Shown here piece after piece: positions 1-15,600 of a stretch of 64,000 nucleotides of DNA. Below the pieces are notes generated by a model. It searched no databases and was not told where the DNA came from. It worked only from the letters and a program-made list of their open reading frames with translations. The translations under genes were made by a program, and so were the position numbers. Source of the DNA: Dimorphilus gyrociliatus (taxonomy: Eukaryota > Animalia > Annelida); NCBI GenBank assembly GCA_904063045.1, contig CAJFCJ010000007.1, positions 3,107,404-3,171,403 of the forward strand. Reading direction: 5' to 3'. Positions within the stretch are counted from its first letter, which is position 1, and each line of letters opens with the position of its first letter.

Positions 1-603
1 CTGTTCTCTTATTCACCTTCATTTCAAATGGATCCTAAATGTGAAAAAAATTAGGTAATTATATTTCCCAGTTAATTGAAATTAATTTTTAAAATGTTTC
101 CGTTTGAAAAACTAATAAACTTTAATATTAGTCAACAATAAAAATACTTCTTCATATTAACTGCTATTCGTTTAACAACTTCGCGGAATAAAATATCTTG
201 ATAAGTGACCAGTTATACTTACTTCATTTCCGGCTAAGCGGGCCAAAAGTTCCCAACGTTCAGGACCAACAGAGTGGCCTAATCCATCAGGCATCGTAAC
301 AGCATCCGATACTATGAAAGAATTACGATCAATTTATTTATTTCTTTTTAAAACTTAATTTGTAAAGTAGTAAATACAAAGAATCGGTATAACAGCTCAT
401 GACTTTCAAGCGACATTGTTAAAGGGCGAGCATAATATCTTAATATAACAGAAAACTACAAAATAATGTTTTTAAAAAATTACCATACCAAGTTTTCCTT
501 TTTGTGGATCAACTACTGGACCCGCACTTGCAAATCTTAAAGAGCTGTAAGCAATACAACGACGAGAAATATTAGAAACGCTCCTGCAGAGTGCTGACGC
601 CAT
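1..603 (-). CDS. COX5B: Cytochrome c oxidase subunit 5B (5' part; runs off the window start)
   Basis: Hand-spliced exons (ATG 603; 311-223; 34-1) give MASALCRSVSNISRRCIAYSSLRFASAGPVVDPQKGKLVSDAVTMPDGLGHSVGPERWELLARLAGNEDPFEMKVNKRT: mitochondrial presequence plus the COX5B N-terminal signature. Confidence 0.85.
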
Positions 604-958
604 TTTGGAATAAGGAACGAAGAAAATTCTAATAAAAAATATTTCGATTAAATGACAGTGTCTTCTGCTGGCGCCAAAACTATATCTTTTCAAACTTGAA
701 GGAAAAAAATATACAGCTTATCGAACTTTGATTTATAATAATTTTTATCAGATGTATTATCACTTTATCTTAAGATATAAAAATCACTGTTCTGGAGGTG
801 CATTCACGTTTCAATATCAAATCACATGGCATGCTAACAAGAGATTCTTTGCGAAAACTATTGAACTTTAAGCTTTGAAGTTTTATTTTATCTATTAAAT
901 TGATTTTGACGATTGCATTAAACATATATTAAAGATTATGACAAGAAAGTTAGATTTT

Positions 959-3491
<2,533 letters not shown>

Positions 3492-3642
3492 GTTCAAAGG
3501 AATAATATTACATAATTCCCCGAATATATAATTCTAGTTTCTTGTCCTTTGCTTGCAACCTTGAAGGGTCGTAAGTGCTCAGTGGTGTCTTCTATTGATA
3601 TGGGGTAAAAGTAGTGCCATCTATCGGAGTGCCACGTTGGAT

Positions 3643-4786
3643 ATGGCGGGTTGGGCTGGTTTCTCTGAGGAGGAACTGCAAAAATTTAAAAGAGAGATAA
3701 ACTATGATGGTATGTCTTTTATAAAATATCACTTCCGAATTAACATATTTTAATCACCTTAAATGTTACATTTGCCATTCAATTATCGTATAAAATTTAG
3801 TTATAAACTACTTTTGAGCGATAATAAATTGTTATTCGTTTGATTTTAAACGCTATTTAGCCAAATCGAAAGGTCCAACAAAACCAAAAGATGTTAGTCA
3901 AAGACGACCCAGGCAACAAAGATCAGCACAGTCCAAACCTGGACCTCAGGGGAGAACAAAACAAACTGAGGACGCAGTTATTTCTAATCAGAACTTGAAA
4001 AATTCGAAAGAAGATATAAGAGCTGACGAAAAAAACAATAACGAAAGCGAAGACAAAACGCTAAATGAAGAGAAAAAGAGTTGCCCCCCTGCTCCAACAT
4101 CTCCTTCACCAAAAGAAACAGAAGAAATCTCAAAAGACGAAGGAATATCAAGAGAAATAACTGCTGTTGAACAATTTCGTATTCAACAAAAAGTTATGGA
4201 AGAACAGAACAAGAAAAAGAAACAATTGTTAGCCGAAGCGCTCATTGCTAGACAAAAAAGAACAAAGCAAGAAGCCGTCAAATTACAAAAGATTAAACAA
4301 CAATTGGAACACCTTGATCATATTTTATCAGTTGATGTCTCAATAGTTAGAGATAGAATAGAAGAAGTTAGTAGAGAGTACGTAGAAGCTCAAAAAAGAT
4401 ACGACAGAGCTGAAAAGGAGTTTATAGATGCTAAATTAGATTTACACGAAAAACATGAACAAAAAGACCAGCTAACTGAACATCTTTATACAATAATTCA
4501 TCAAAACGAACTAAGAAAGGCTAAGAAACTTACTGAACTCATGGAAAGTTTAGATTTAGAAGATTCTGAAAATATTTCAGTATCGATTGAAGGCGTACCA
4601 GGAGCTACGTTACTATTTGAACAAGGAATTGAAAAAAAAACACAGTCAAATGAGAAAATTCTAAATGAAAATACAGAAAATATAGAGAAATCAGTGGAAA
4701 CGAAACTCAGTGAAGAATCATCGGCTGAAAAATCGAAAGATACTATTGAAATAGAAAAAACTGATAGTAATTCGATTGATTGCTAA
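3643..4786 (+). CDS. GORAB: RAB6-interacting golgin GORAB/SCYL1BP1 (2 exons)
   Basis: Exon 1 MAGWAGFSEEELQKFK matches the GORAB N-terminus; exon 2 carries the conserved coiled coil (LSVDVSIVRDRIE...LTEHLYTIIHQNELRKAKKL). Confidence 0.9.
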
Positions 4787-5926
4787 AATAATAATTTGAT
4801 GTTTATTCTTTATTCTCTTTATATGATCTAATTTAAAATCTTTATGCGTAAATCAATCACTTAAAAAGTTCTACCAGTAGATGGAGTGATAGACTTTTTA
4901 GGATAAATAAATTGCATAGAACACAAACATCAACGTCACTTCCGTTTAAAAGTTAGCCCTGTGAGAAGACGCGTGTTCGATAAAAGTTTCATTTGACTAG
5001 TCGAAATCGTTCCGGTTATTATCGGCTGTCGTAATATAATCTTTGATATATTTTTATATTTTCTTCTTGGTAAGTACGTTGATATGTGTTGTTTAACGTC
5101 ACTATTGTAAACGTAAAGTATATTATTCATTAATGTATACGATAGGTGGCATCAAACTTTTTAAGTGCTCCTATTGATAAATCGAAGGCGTGTCAGATAT
5201 TAATATAAGAGTGGCAAAAGGTAGCAAATACGAGCTAGGAAATTTTCCTCAATTATTTCAGTTGACTGCTTCGAGATCTTTTATAGGCAATCTGTATATT
5301 GTACGATTTGGGCGATTACGTTACCATAGCAATGCATCACTGCCTCATTTCGCACTATAGCAAATCTCAATTCCTTTATCCATCATCAATTGCGAAACGT
5401 TTAATTATGCACGGAGAGCAAATTCACCCTATACCCTAAACGAGACTGGCACATGTTTGTCAATTGGCTGATGATGTTTGCCTGCTGTCAGCTCTTGATG
5501 TTCACATCAATAGACGCGAGTGTCGTATTTATTAAGTTTGATGCCTCAGCGATACGCGAGAATCTTATACGAATCGTGCCTAGATTTATATGCATAGTTA
5601 TCCCTGAGGATTTCGTTCAGATCGATGTATTTTTAGTTGGGATGTGTAGGAGATGGCAGATGGATTAATTTACTCAAACGTTTCATTCATATTTGATTAG
5701 CCGCACCCCTTTATGTTACCACCTGCGGTTGGATCAATTGCCGTGAAACGCGGCTTCCCCGTAGTATTGATCATAAATGACGACGTGGCTACCATTTGGA
5801 TTTACCATTATGTTACTAGTCCCGCTTAAATAATAGAAAAAGTATTTGACATTTACCAATTAAAAACTCACGCAACTGCGGAAAACTAATAGGCTGCATC
5901 TTTTCAGAATTCACCATGATTAGGAA

Positions 5927-8154
5927 ATGATGAAGAGGCGAAGGGGCCTTATTATTAAGATCATTTTAGCCATACCAATTATTTGGTTTTCGGCTATTGG
6001 TGTATCTGTTGTGTTTCACACTCCATCGGATTATGTCTCCTTGGGAAAAGATGACTTAGGAAATGGAATACAAAACTTGCAAAAGTCGGATAATTTAAAT
6101 ACAGAGAATGATAATAATTTGAGTTTCGACCAACGTGTTGAAAATGCCGAAAAACGGCTACGACTAAATCACTTACAAGCCGAAGGAGAGCCTTTAGAAG
6201 AGGGACCAAGCGACGGTATTCATACGCAAGATCCAAACGGCCCCGGGGAAAAGGGTCGACCCGTGGATATAGACAAAAATAAATTGTCGCCTGAGGAACG
6301 AGCCTTGTATGATAAAGGTTGGGAAGACAATGCATTTAATCAATACGCTTCCGATAAAATATCTATTCATCGAACGTTACCCGACGTAAGGGACCAAGAA
6401 TGCAAAAATGTAAAATATCCTAAAAGATTACCTGATACCTCTGTTATCATCTGTTTTCACAATGAAGCCTGGTCAGCACTTTTACGAACGGTTCACTCGG
6501 TATTAGACCGCTCGCCGCCTTCATTAATACGAGAAATCATACTCGTGGATGATTACTCTGACAAACCTCATTTAGGGGAACCTCTGAAAAAGTACCTTAT
6601 TGAATTTCCTAAAGTAAAGGTTGTTAGAACGAAACGACGGGAAGGTTTGATCAGGGCTCGCCTGTTGGGCGCTTCTGTAGCCTTAGGCAAAGTATTAACT
6701 TATTTAGATTCGCACTGTGAGTGTGCAAAGGGTTGGTTAGAGCCGATGCTTGCAAGGATAGCAATTGATAAGAACAATGTCGTGACACCAGTAATCGATG
6801 TACTCGATGATAACACACTTCATTACCAACATTCGTCCGCCTCAGCTACGTCCATCGGAGGGTTTGATTGGAATTTGCAATTTAACTGGCATAGTATTCC
6901 AGAAAGAGAAAGGAAGAGGAGATCGAAGGATATCGATCCAGTAAGGTAAGAACTAGAGAAAAGGAAATGATGTTGCGTTTGAAGTAGGCTGTTCCCAAAG
7001 GAATTTTACATATTCTTTCTTTTCAGATCTCCCACGATGGCTGGTGGATTATTTGCAATTAGCCGTGAATTTTTTGAGTATCTAGGCACTTACGATCCTG
7101 GTATGGATATATGGGGAGGAGAAAATCTTGAATTATCATTTAGGACATGGATGTGCGGTGGTAAATTGGAGATTCTTCCGTGCTCTCATGTTGGCCACAT
7201 TTTTCGCAAAAGATCCCCTTACAAATGGAAAACGGGAGTAAATGTCGTCAAGAAGAATTCAGTTCGCTTAGCGGAGGTGTGGATGGATGAGTATAAGACG
7301 TACTACTATGAGAGGTTCAACCATGATCTAGGAGAGTACGGAGATGTTTCTGGCAGGAGAGCCCTTAGGGAAAAGCTTAAATGCAAATCTTTCAAGTGGT
7401 ACATAGATAATGTGTATCCTGAACTTTTTATTCCAGGAGATGCCGTAGCTTCTGGAGAGGTGAGAAATGAAAATGCACCTCAGTGCCTCGATGCCTCTGT
7501 AGAATCTTCCGCCATGCATAAACCACTCAAAATGTGGCCTTGTCATAAGCAAGGAGGCAATCAGGTAAAAATGCGACGCTTTCTAAATATTTTCTTATCC
7601 AAATGACAGATTCGCAACGAGGGTAATAGCGCATATTGCGTAGACGGTATGGCTGATCGCCGTTCCGCCGGTAAACGCATTAAAGTTTATAGATGTCATA
7701 ATCTAGGTGGCAATCAAGTGAGTGACGCTAAAATCGGATTTGGGAGTTATGAGATATTCTCTTTTATATTCTTATCTTTTTACCCCTTTGTGCGTTCTCT
7801 CGGAATATTTTTTATTGGCTTTTCATTATTCCTTTGTCAAAATAACAATTGTTGCGCATTGATAATAATTTAAAAATATCTTTGCAGTATTGGATGCTTT
7901 CTAAAAATGGGGAGATCAGACGGGATGAAGGATGTATGGATTTTTCCGGTGGAAAAGATATAATTATTTATCCGTGTCATAATATGAAAGGCAATCAAGA
8001 ATGGATTTACGGTGACGATTTGACTTTAAAACATAAAGCCACAAACCAGTGCATGCACTTAACTGCTGATAACCTATTAGCTATGCAACCTTGCGATGGT
8101 TCGCTTAATCAGAGGTGGCACTGGAAACGAAAGACGCAGAAAGCCTCAAATTGA
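5927..8154 (+). CDS. Polypeptide N-acetylgalactosaminyltransferase, PGANT9/GLY-5-like, with two alternative lectin alpha-repeats
   Basis: Type II TM anchor, DSHCE metal motif, [21 protein letters not shown] and a ricin-type lectin domain. Exons 5927-6945, 7027-7459/7564, alternative 7610-7717, 7888-8154. Confidence 0.93.
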
Positions 8155-8642
8155 CTGTGATTTTTCCTTCGCTCCGTTGACTTAACGGTGCTTTTTTTGT
8201 GCCTTTCAGTCGTTTTTTCTGCTCACTTACTAACTTTTCTATTAAAATATATCAATATAATTTTTATGGGTCATATACTTAACAGAAATATAAATTAATT
8301 CATGGTTGTTTTTATCCAGTTTGCTTTCTGTATGAATTTTGACAGCGAGAAAAAATTGATTAATGTCATCAGGTTTATAAACCTTGTTTAAATATACATA
8401 AAGTTATATAATATAATCAGACATTTAATCTATCAGTTTAGCTATTGGTTTAGTACGTGCCTAAAAAGAGCAGATAAATTGGAACTTCGCACTTTTTTTC
8501 TTAGTAGTGTTCTTGTATTCCACAATGAGAGAAATCGTAGCACGCAATAAGCGCTTTAAAAGTTTTCACTGCGAAGGAAGCTAGCATAGAAGGCAAATTC
8601 ACTTCCTTAACGCTATTATTAAAGCTAATAGGAGAGCATGGC

Positions 8643-10100
8643 TCACCGCTTCTTTTGCGTTGTTGTCTTACAAAATTTTTCGACTTTTGACTGAAAAAGG
8701 AAAAGAAGAAATTAAGAATATTAACTCCAATATCATAATAAATACAAATATACAATATATTATACCAATTATCTATCTTATATATACTGTATATGGTATT
8801 TATATGATTTCTTGACGTTCGGGAAATAACCTTGTCAAAGCCAAGACTCTCTAGTAGAAATCTCGCAGCGTTGTTTATATGCTTAAATCGGTCGGGTCCC
8901 AAATGAATTCCACCGTACCATCGAGTGACGATAACTATCAAGTTCACAACTTTCATAACTTCTAAGAGATGAAGGAGTCTAGAGCCAGCGTGAGTTTCTC
9001 CGTCATCGTCACAATCGGAAACTAAAACACCATCGTCCCTGTATGCAAATGAACTTAGTGAAGCAAACCTAATAAAAAATTGCAGAGGGTTTTTATGTGC
9101 CAAACAAACCGCCGTAATCGATAGGCGAACATATTGTGAGTTGCATTATCTATCTTTTTATTCTGTCTTAAGGTCTGAACAACCAGCGATACCTGGTGCA
9201 CATCCCTGATTTCAGCAATATGAGCCTGAAAGGTACTCTTTCTCTCTGTAAATGGTTCACCGTGAAATATTTCAGGACACGGCTGGATATTCTTTTCACA
9301 ATCTAAATCATTTTTGGCGACAGTTTGTAAATCGTCATTCTTTATTGAATCATCTATTTTTAAAGACACTGAAAGAGATTATAAGAAAAACAGTCTCATA
9401 AATTTACAGCTAGTTATAGACAACTTGAATAAACGCTTACTTAGATCGTTTTGCTGTAATTCCTCAAAGAAGCTTTTTACTTTATCGATCCACAAATAGA
9501 GTATACAATCTCCCTTATTTTTGCTGTGGAACAAAAATATCAATTGGCTAAATCTAGATAATTTATAGGAAATTGAAGCATTACCAATAGATTTCCTCTA
9601 GTGCATTTCTAAGTTTTACTCTATCATTTCTGGCCAGCCATGGTGCGCTTGGGGCAAAGAAAAGATTACTTTTCAGATTTTGACGCCGTCGTCAAATTAC
9701 CTTATTTCGTATGTAGGAGGACAGCTAGAAGGATATTCCTCTGGTAAATTAACCTATTGATTATTAAAGGGGATTAAAATTAATCTTATCCAGTTTGTCA
9801 TAGAAATAAAATATTTCAACTTGAAATTATACTAAGTAATAAAAATCTATATACGTAGAGTGTAACTGATTGATCTTGCTGTCCGCCAATGTCACTCAAC
9901 TGCAAAGAGAATCTTCGATTTATCTCATCCTCGACGCGCCATTCATCTTCATACATTGAAGAGACTACAGATAACTCTTCTAGCTATTTTGTTTTATATG
10001 TTAATTGACAAATTAGTGCATGCATACTTATAAACTATATAGACAAGTTAGTCACCTGCAGCGATAGGTTTTTTATTTCATCATTTTCCATATTTGTCAT
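8643..10100 (-). CDS. IMPACT: IMPACT (RWD domain + ancient/YigZ domain)
   Basis: Spliced N-terminus LEELSVVSSMYEDEW...LPEEYPSSCPP (RWD); C-terminal ERKSTFQAH, ATHNMFAYR, DCDDDGETHAG, RWYGGIHLGPDRFKHINN. Confidence 0.92.
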
Positions 10101-10372
10101 AAATTACCCTTAATATTAGACTTTTTTTAACAGTTAATAGCCTAAAATACATAACATTGACTTGTCTTAGATATAATACCACATGTGAATATCTTTTTTT
10201 TTTTGCCGTATACCTATGAAAACTGGTAATATTTTATCGAAGATTATCATCAGATGTCGCTGTTGATTTCTTTTAAAAAGTTAATTACAAACATTCTTAG
10301 TATCTCATTTTTATTCTGAATATTAAAAGTTTAGATAGAATCAATAAACAAACAAAACGATTATTACTTAAA

Positions 10373-11164
10373 TTAATTTTGCATATTTCGTAAACCATTT
10401 TCTTCAAGAATTTGTACAGTTTCCTTATATGCACTACCTTCTCTTACTATTTGAAAATATCCTATTTTCGACAAATCAACAATTGTAGATCCCAGCCTCG
10501 ATTCTATTGTATTTCCTATAACGCCTCCATCAAATATTTTTGATAAGTCGGGCCAAATTTCGCGGAATTCTTCTATTTTCAGAGCACTAGGTTTATCACT
10601 TAAATTGGCGCTTGTCAAAGCTATTGCGCAATTCAATTTCATACAAATTTTCCGAACAAATGGGTGATTTGGAATTCTTATTCCAACTAAATTCGTATCA
10701 GGGTTTAAATTCCGATTTAGAGTCGATTTTCTTTCAAATATAACTGTTACTGGGCCAGGTAAAAGCTTAGATAATAACGATTCTGAAATAGTAACGTTTG
10801 AGTAATAGTAAACATTATCAATATTTCCACAACTGATGGCAATAGGTTTTACTCGATTTCGATGTTTGATATCATAGAGTTTGTTAATAGCTTCATCACT
10901 ATTCACTAATGCAGCTATACCGTATATTGTATCAGTTGGTAGAGAAACAACTTTATTATTCTCTAGATCTTCGCAGGCAAGTTCAACAAGCTTGTCTTCG
11001 CTTGATTCGTTCAATTTGAACAATTTATCTTTTGCAGTTAGCGACATCATACTATCAGCACGTGTTTTAACCGATTCACTTATTATCGTTCTTTCTTGGC
11101 GTAATATCTGTTTGATCCCAGGTTTGATAATGATGTCACTCAAACTTCTCACAAGCATGACCAT
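10373..11164 (-). CDS. YRDC: Threonylcarbamoyl-AMP synthase (YrdC/Sua5), intronless
   Basis: PTDTIYG, KHRNRVKPIAI, LLPGPVT, GIRIP, TSANLS, GSTIVDL motifs. Confidence 0.95.
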   Translation of the reverse strand: MVMLVRSLSDIIIKPGIKQILRQERTIISESVKTRADSMMSLTAKDKLFKLNESSEDKLVELACEDLENNKVVSLPTDTIYGIAALVNSDEAINKLYDIKHRNRVKPIAISCGNIDNVYYYSNVTISESLLSKLLPGPVTVIFERKSTLNRNLNPDTNLVGIRIPNHPFVRKICMKLNCAIALTSANLSDKPSALKIEEFREIWPDLSKIFDGGVIGNTIESRLGSTIVDLSKIGYFQIVREGSAYKETVQILEENGLRNMQN

Positions 11165-12682
11165 ATAAAATTTTAATATTTCACCATCTTCTTCAAAATT
11201 ACGTTATTTTTCACAAATGAATAATTATAGGAGGAAATGACGAAGTAAACAAACTGTATTGCGTCAAATGGCCTTGACATTCGAGCTTATATTAACTAAT
11301 CTAAAACTAGAAATATAACGATTTAACCATTCTAATGCAAATGAAAATATAATGTAGTTTTCAATAAAAAAAAGCTATTTATATATATATAAAAAAAGAA
11401 AGAAATAAAATTTTATGACATAAATACATAACCCAAACTGTTTAAGTTATTGAACTGTATCGCTTTGTTTAGTGTTTCTTTTATTTTATTGTATTATATA
11501 AAATATATTACAAATGTATAATAAGAAATAGATCATAATGCTTAAAATCTACGAAATTTGTTCATGAATAAAGACATTCCGTTAGATTTAAAGAAAAAAA
11601 TGTTTAAATACGATTAACCTTGACTGGAACAGTTCTAATCTTTAAATCCAAAAAAAAAAACGGTTTATATATCTTTATCTGATTGAAAACTATATTACAT
11701 CATGCATTTTTTCCCTACTATATTAACTTTTCATAGTGGAATATTGTTAAAAAGACAATTATTCTAAAGTGATCTTTATTTATAAATTGTATATATACAG
11801 TATACAATATATACAGTATTTACAGTTAATTGAATAATTTCAGCAAAGAAAAGCAGATCTGAATAGGGAAATATTATTTAATTTAACTTTAATAAGATAA
11901 CAAACACGCTCTAGGTAATTTCAGTTTATTATACATAAATAGTGTATATATGTTTTTTGGAATACTTATAAAAGATCATTAAATATCGTATCCTTTTGTA
12001 AACTAGGAATAAATAATTTATATTGGTTTAGAATGAGACAAAAAATAACTCTCCTTTTGAAATATTAAACACTTGTAGTTTGTAATTTGAACAAAATAAC
12101 TAGATTCTCTTTACACAGACACTATAACTGTATGTGATGAGAAAGATAATTAATGCTTGGCTTATTAAACTTTAATGCATTGTTTTCTGTTTTTTTCTTT
12201 TTTTTATTATGTTTGTAAACATAAAACAAGTATTACAGTACACTAATATTGGTCTGAATAAACAGGATTTGAAAAAATTTTCCTACTCTTCTCCTTTAAC
12301 CGTTGTTTTTTAAAAAGCAAGGCAATAAACGATATCTTTATAGGTGTGTATAAATGTGTAAAACTTTTTGATATAAAATTATGAAGATAGATCAATGCTA
12401 TAGATAAAATGACTGGTAGTAATGAAAAAATGCTTATGCAAAACCCATACTTTTCAAGATAGCTAGCAGTGCCATCTACAGAGTAACAGAGTTTTGATTT
12501 ATGTAAAGTGTTCTTTTTTTTTACTCTCTCCTCCCTTCTCTCCTTCTCGATTATTTCATTTGAAAACAAAACAAAACAATCGATTCTTCTAATTACGAAA
12601 GTCGTGGAACAAACATTTACTAACATGCAAAAAAACAAGTACGTATAATCCATCCAAAAAAAAATCATCATAAAACTTCTAA

Positions 12683-15600
12683 TCAAGTCGGCAGTAAAGC
12701 GAAAGAACTAACAACATTGACTTTAGGTAAAGAAATGTTTGTGTTGGGAGGCCAATCGAGCTGTTGAACAGCGTAAAGAGCATCAGCTTCGTGTTTTTGC
12801 CTAGCTATCATTTGTTCTTTCCTTTTTTCAAAAATATCGTCTATATCTTGCAACCATTGAACAAACTGGCGTCTACCAGCAAATCTTCCTTTTCCCGTTG
12901 TCACTGGTGTAGCGAAACGATTCATTGTGTATGTCTCTCGGTCCTTGAGAATTGTGCAGACATTTATCGTATCAGCCTGTAAAGTTTTTAAAAAAATGAT
13001 TAACATTTTGTGCTCCTTCAATTTTATCTTGTATAAATTACCTGGTTCGTTCTCGAAGCTCTACCGTGTACTCTGAGAACTGCTTGCTCCATACACAAAC
13101 GCAATCTATCTCGTTCCACTTGATGCTCCATTCTTAATTGAATCCTTTCTTTTTCTTGTTCTTGCCAAATTTTCTTCAAATTATCAGGTAGGTCGTGCTT
13201 TACTGAACTTTCAAAATTTCTCGGTTTTCCTTCCAAAACGTAATCACAGGTAACGCTTAGATAACGATTAAAGGCGTGTGGAGCTCGTGGACGAGCCCGG
13301 GATAAATTCATGGACATCCATCGTTCGTCCATTTGTTTTCGTATTTCGTTATGTAAATCGTAGGATGACTTGTAGCAAGGGGGCGTCTTCGGTCGCGCAG
13401 GTTTCCGCCGAATGGTTTCGGTTGAATGACCTAAATTGGTATTGGTTTATTTATATATGTTGAAGAAAAACATGCCTAATCTATGGCGTTTGACCTAGAA
13501 ATTTTGTAAACGAAGAACTATTAATTGAGCATTTAAAATGGACAAATTCATCTTTTGTTAACTCAATTCCAGAAAATATAATAAGGCCTAGGCTTTATTA
13601 TTTGAGACATAATTGTGAAACAGCTAAGCCACGGATGGAGTTCATATTGACTAAATATAATAATTATTCCATATCAAGGTCAAATACACAGCACGTGGAA
13701 TATACAGTAAAAATAAACAAGAATGTTTATAGTTAATGGATTTTAACATACAAATATATATAGATATATTTATATTTAATATATAATGAAAAATTAACAT
13801 ACCAGATTGATTACTATCTTCCTCTTGCTCCCTAATTTGCTTTTCCTTGTCATCATCATCGTCCTTATTCTGCTCTTTCTGTTCTTTTTGCTGCTGCGAC
13901 CTACGCGGCATATTGGAAAACAAACTACTCATTTACAATACTCAATTACTAAACCGGTTAAAAACCGGAAATACTAACCGAAAAGCGGATCTAGTAATTC
14001 TTCGTTCCTCAACCGTTTGTGGATCTTTACTGAGGACAATGTCCTCTTTTCTACTGGTTATCGCCGTTCCAGTAGTGTCCATTGAGGTTGAAGCCTCGCT
14101 ACTTCTAACAACGTAACTAACGTCCTCCTCACTCGTCTTTTTGCTGCCCTTACTGTTCTCTCGGAATATTTTTATTGGTGGTACTTTAGGTTCCTGCTCT
14201 TCCGGTTCTTCCTTAATTTCTCGTTTTATCGCCTGGTCGTCAATCTCTTTTTTAACATCTGCGCTCTCCTCGACCTCATCAGGCAATTCTTGCTTAATTT
14301 GAACCGGTTCCGTTTTTTCTTCTTCAACTTCTTGCTTTACAGCAACCGGTTGTCCCGGAGTTAGAGGAAGAGCTGCAGGAATTCAAGTAAATAGGTAATC
14401 AAAAAAAAATTCAATATCGATTTATTTTTTTTTATACACCGATTAAACATAAAAAAACTAAATCGCTTAAACCAATTTCACTCACTTCTAAATATCCTTA
14501 AACTATAAGCCTAAAAGAGGAAAGGTTACCATTATCTTATTCTTATAGTAATAATTAAGCAGATACAATAGCACATTTAACATCTCCCCTGGTACTTTCA
14601 AATTAGTTAAAGAAATTACATTTTGATAACATACTCCCTTCCATCGTAGTCCCGCTTATAATAAAAAAAGCTTGTGACTACTGAATACGTCCAATTCACA
14701 AAATACAGGTAGATAATATTGAAAGCGTTGGTAAACTATCACATAAATTCGTTCAATAAGGATTACTGGAATTTTAGGCATTCAATAAATGTAGTATGAC
14801 AAAAAAAACGATAAATACTACGCCTAAACATATAATGTAAATGTATATATATATATACTGTATGTGTCTATATGTGAGCTATAAAATGCTGATTTGTTAA
14901 TAAAATATATTTATAGATATTAGTTTTATATATTATAATGTTATAAAAACAATATATATACATATATTAGTATATATATATATATAATATATGTATACTT
15001 ATACATGTGTAGATATTTATACCATGTTTAGACATAAACCGATATTCAGTACGAAAGATTAGATCTAAATTTAACTCATGTGTACCACACAGCTATATAT
15101 ACAATACGTATACAATATGAACAATGTAGAATACGTATGCATGGTTTACATTGTATATGTTTTACTATACAATACAAATAGGTTAAATATTGAAACCTAC
15201 TCTATATCGAAACATCTTGATAAATATAAGTATTATTCAGATTTAATCAATTAAAAAAACAATTTATGTTATACATTCTATCTCTTGTTCAAGACAACTT
15301 TACCGATATACTCTGTTCTGTTATAATATATTAATAATAAAATATATAAACTAATATATGTATATATATATGTCATATACTTAAAACTATATGTCTTCAA
15401 AGAAATGCCTATTGAAGTGAATAACCTTAAAAGATAGAATGGAATAATATTTGATTTTTTTTTTGTTTCTTTTTTTAAATAGAGCTCGCAAATTTCTAAT
15501 TTATATTAATATATATATATATATATATATAAATATATAATACATAAATCTTACCTAAAGGCTCCTCTTCTTTCTTCTCACCATCTCCTGGAGATGGACT

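Noticed and set aside
5453-5668. 71-aa ORF upstream of the GalNAc-transferase as a secreted micropeptide
   Set aside because: No family resemblance or splice support; a chance ORF or uORF cannot be told apart from sequence alone.
8643-11164. IMPACT-YRDC as a translation-control operon
   Set aside because: Same strand and 272 bp apart, but such spacing is ordinary here and no trans-splicing evidence is visible.
15112-15160. Intronic hairpin (ACAATGTAGA...TTTACATTGT) as a possible miRNA
   Set aside because: Short, very AT-rich stem in low-complexity sequence; no known seed recognised.
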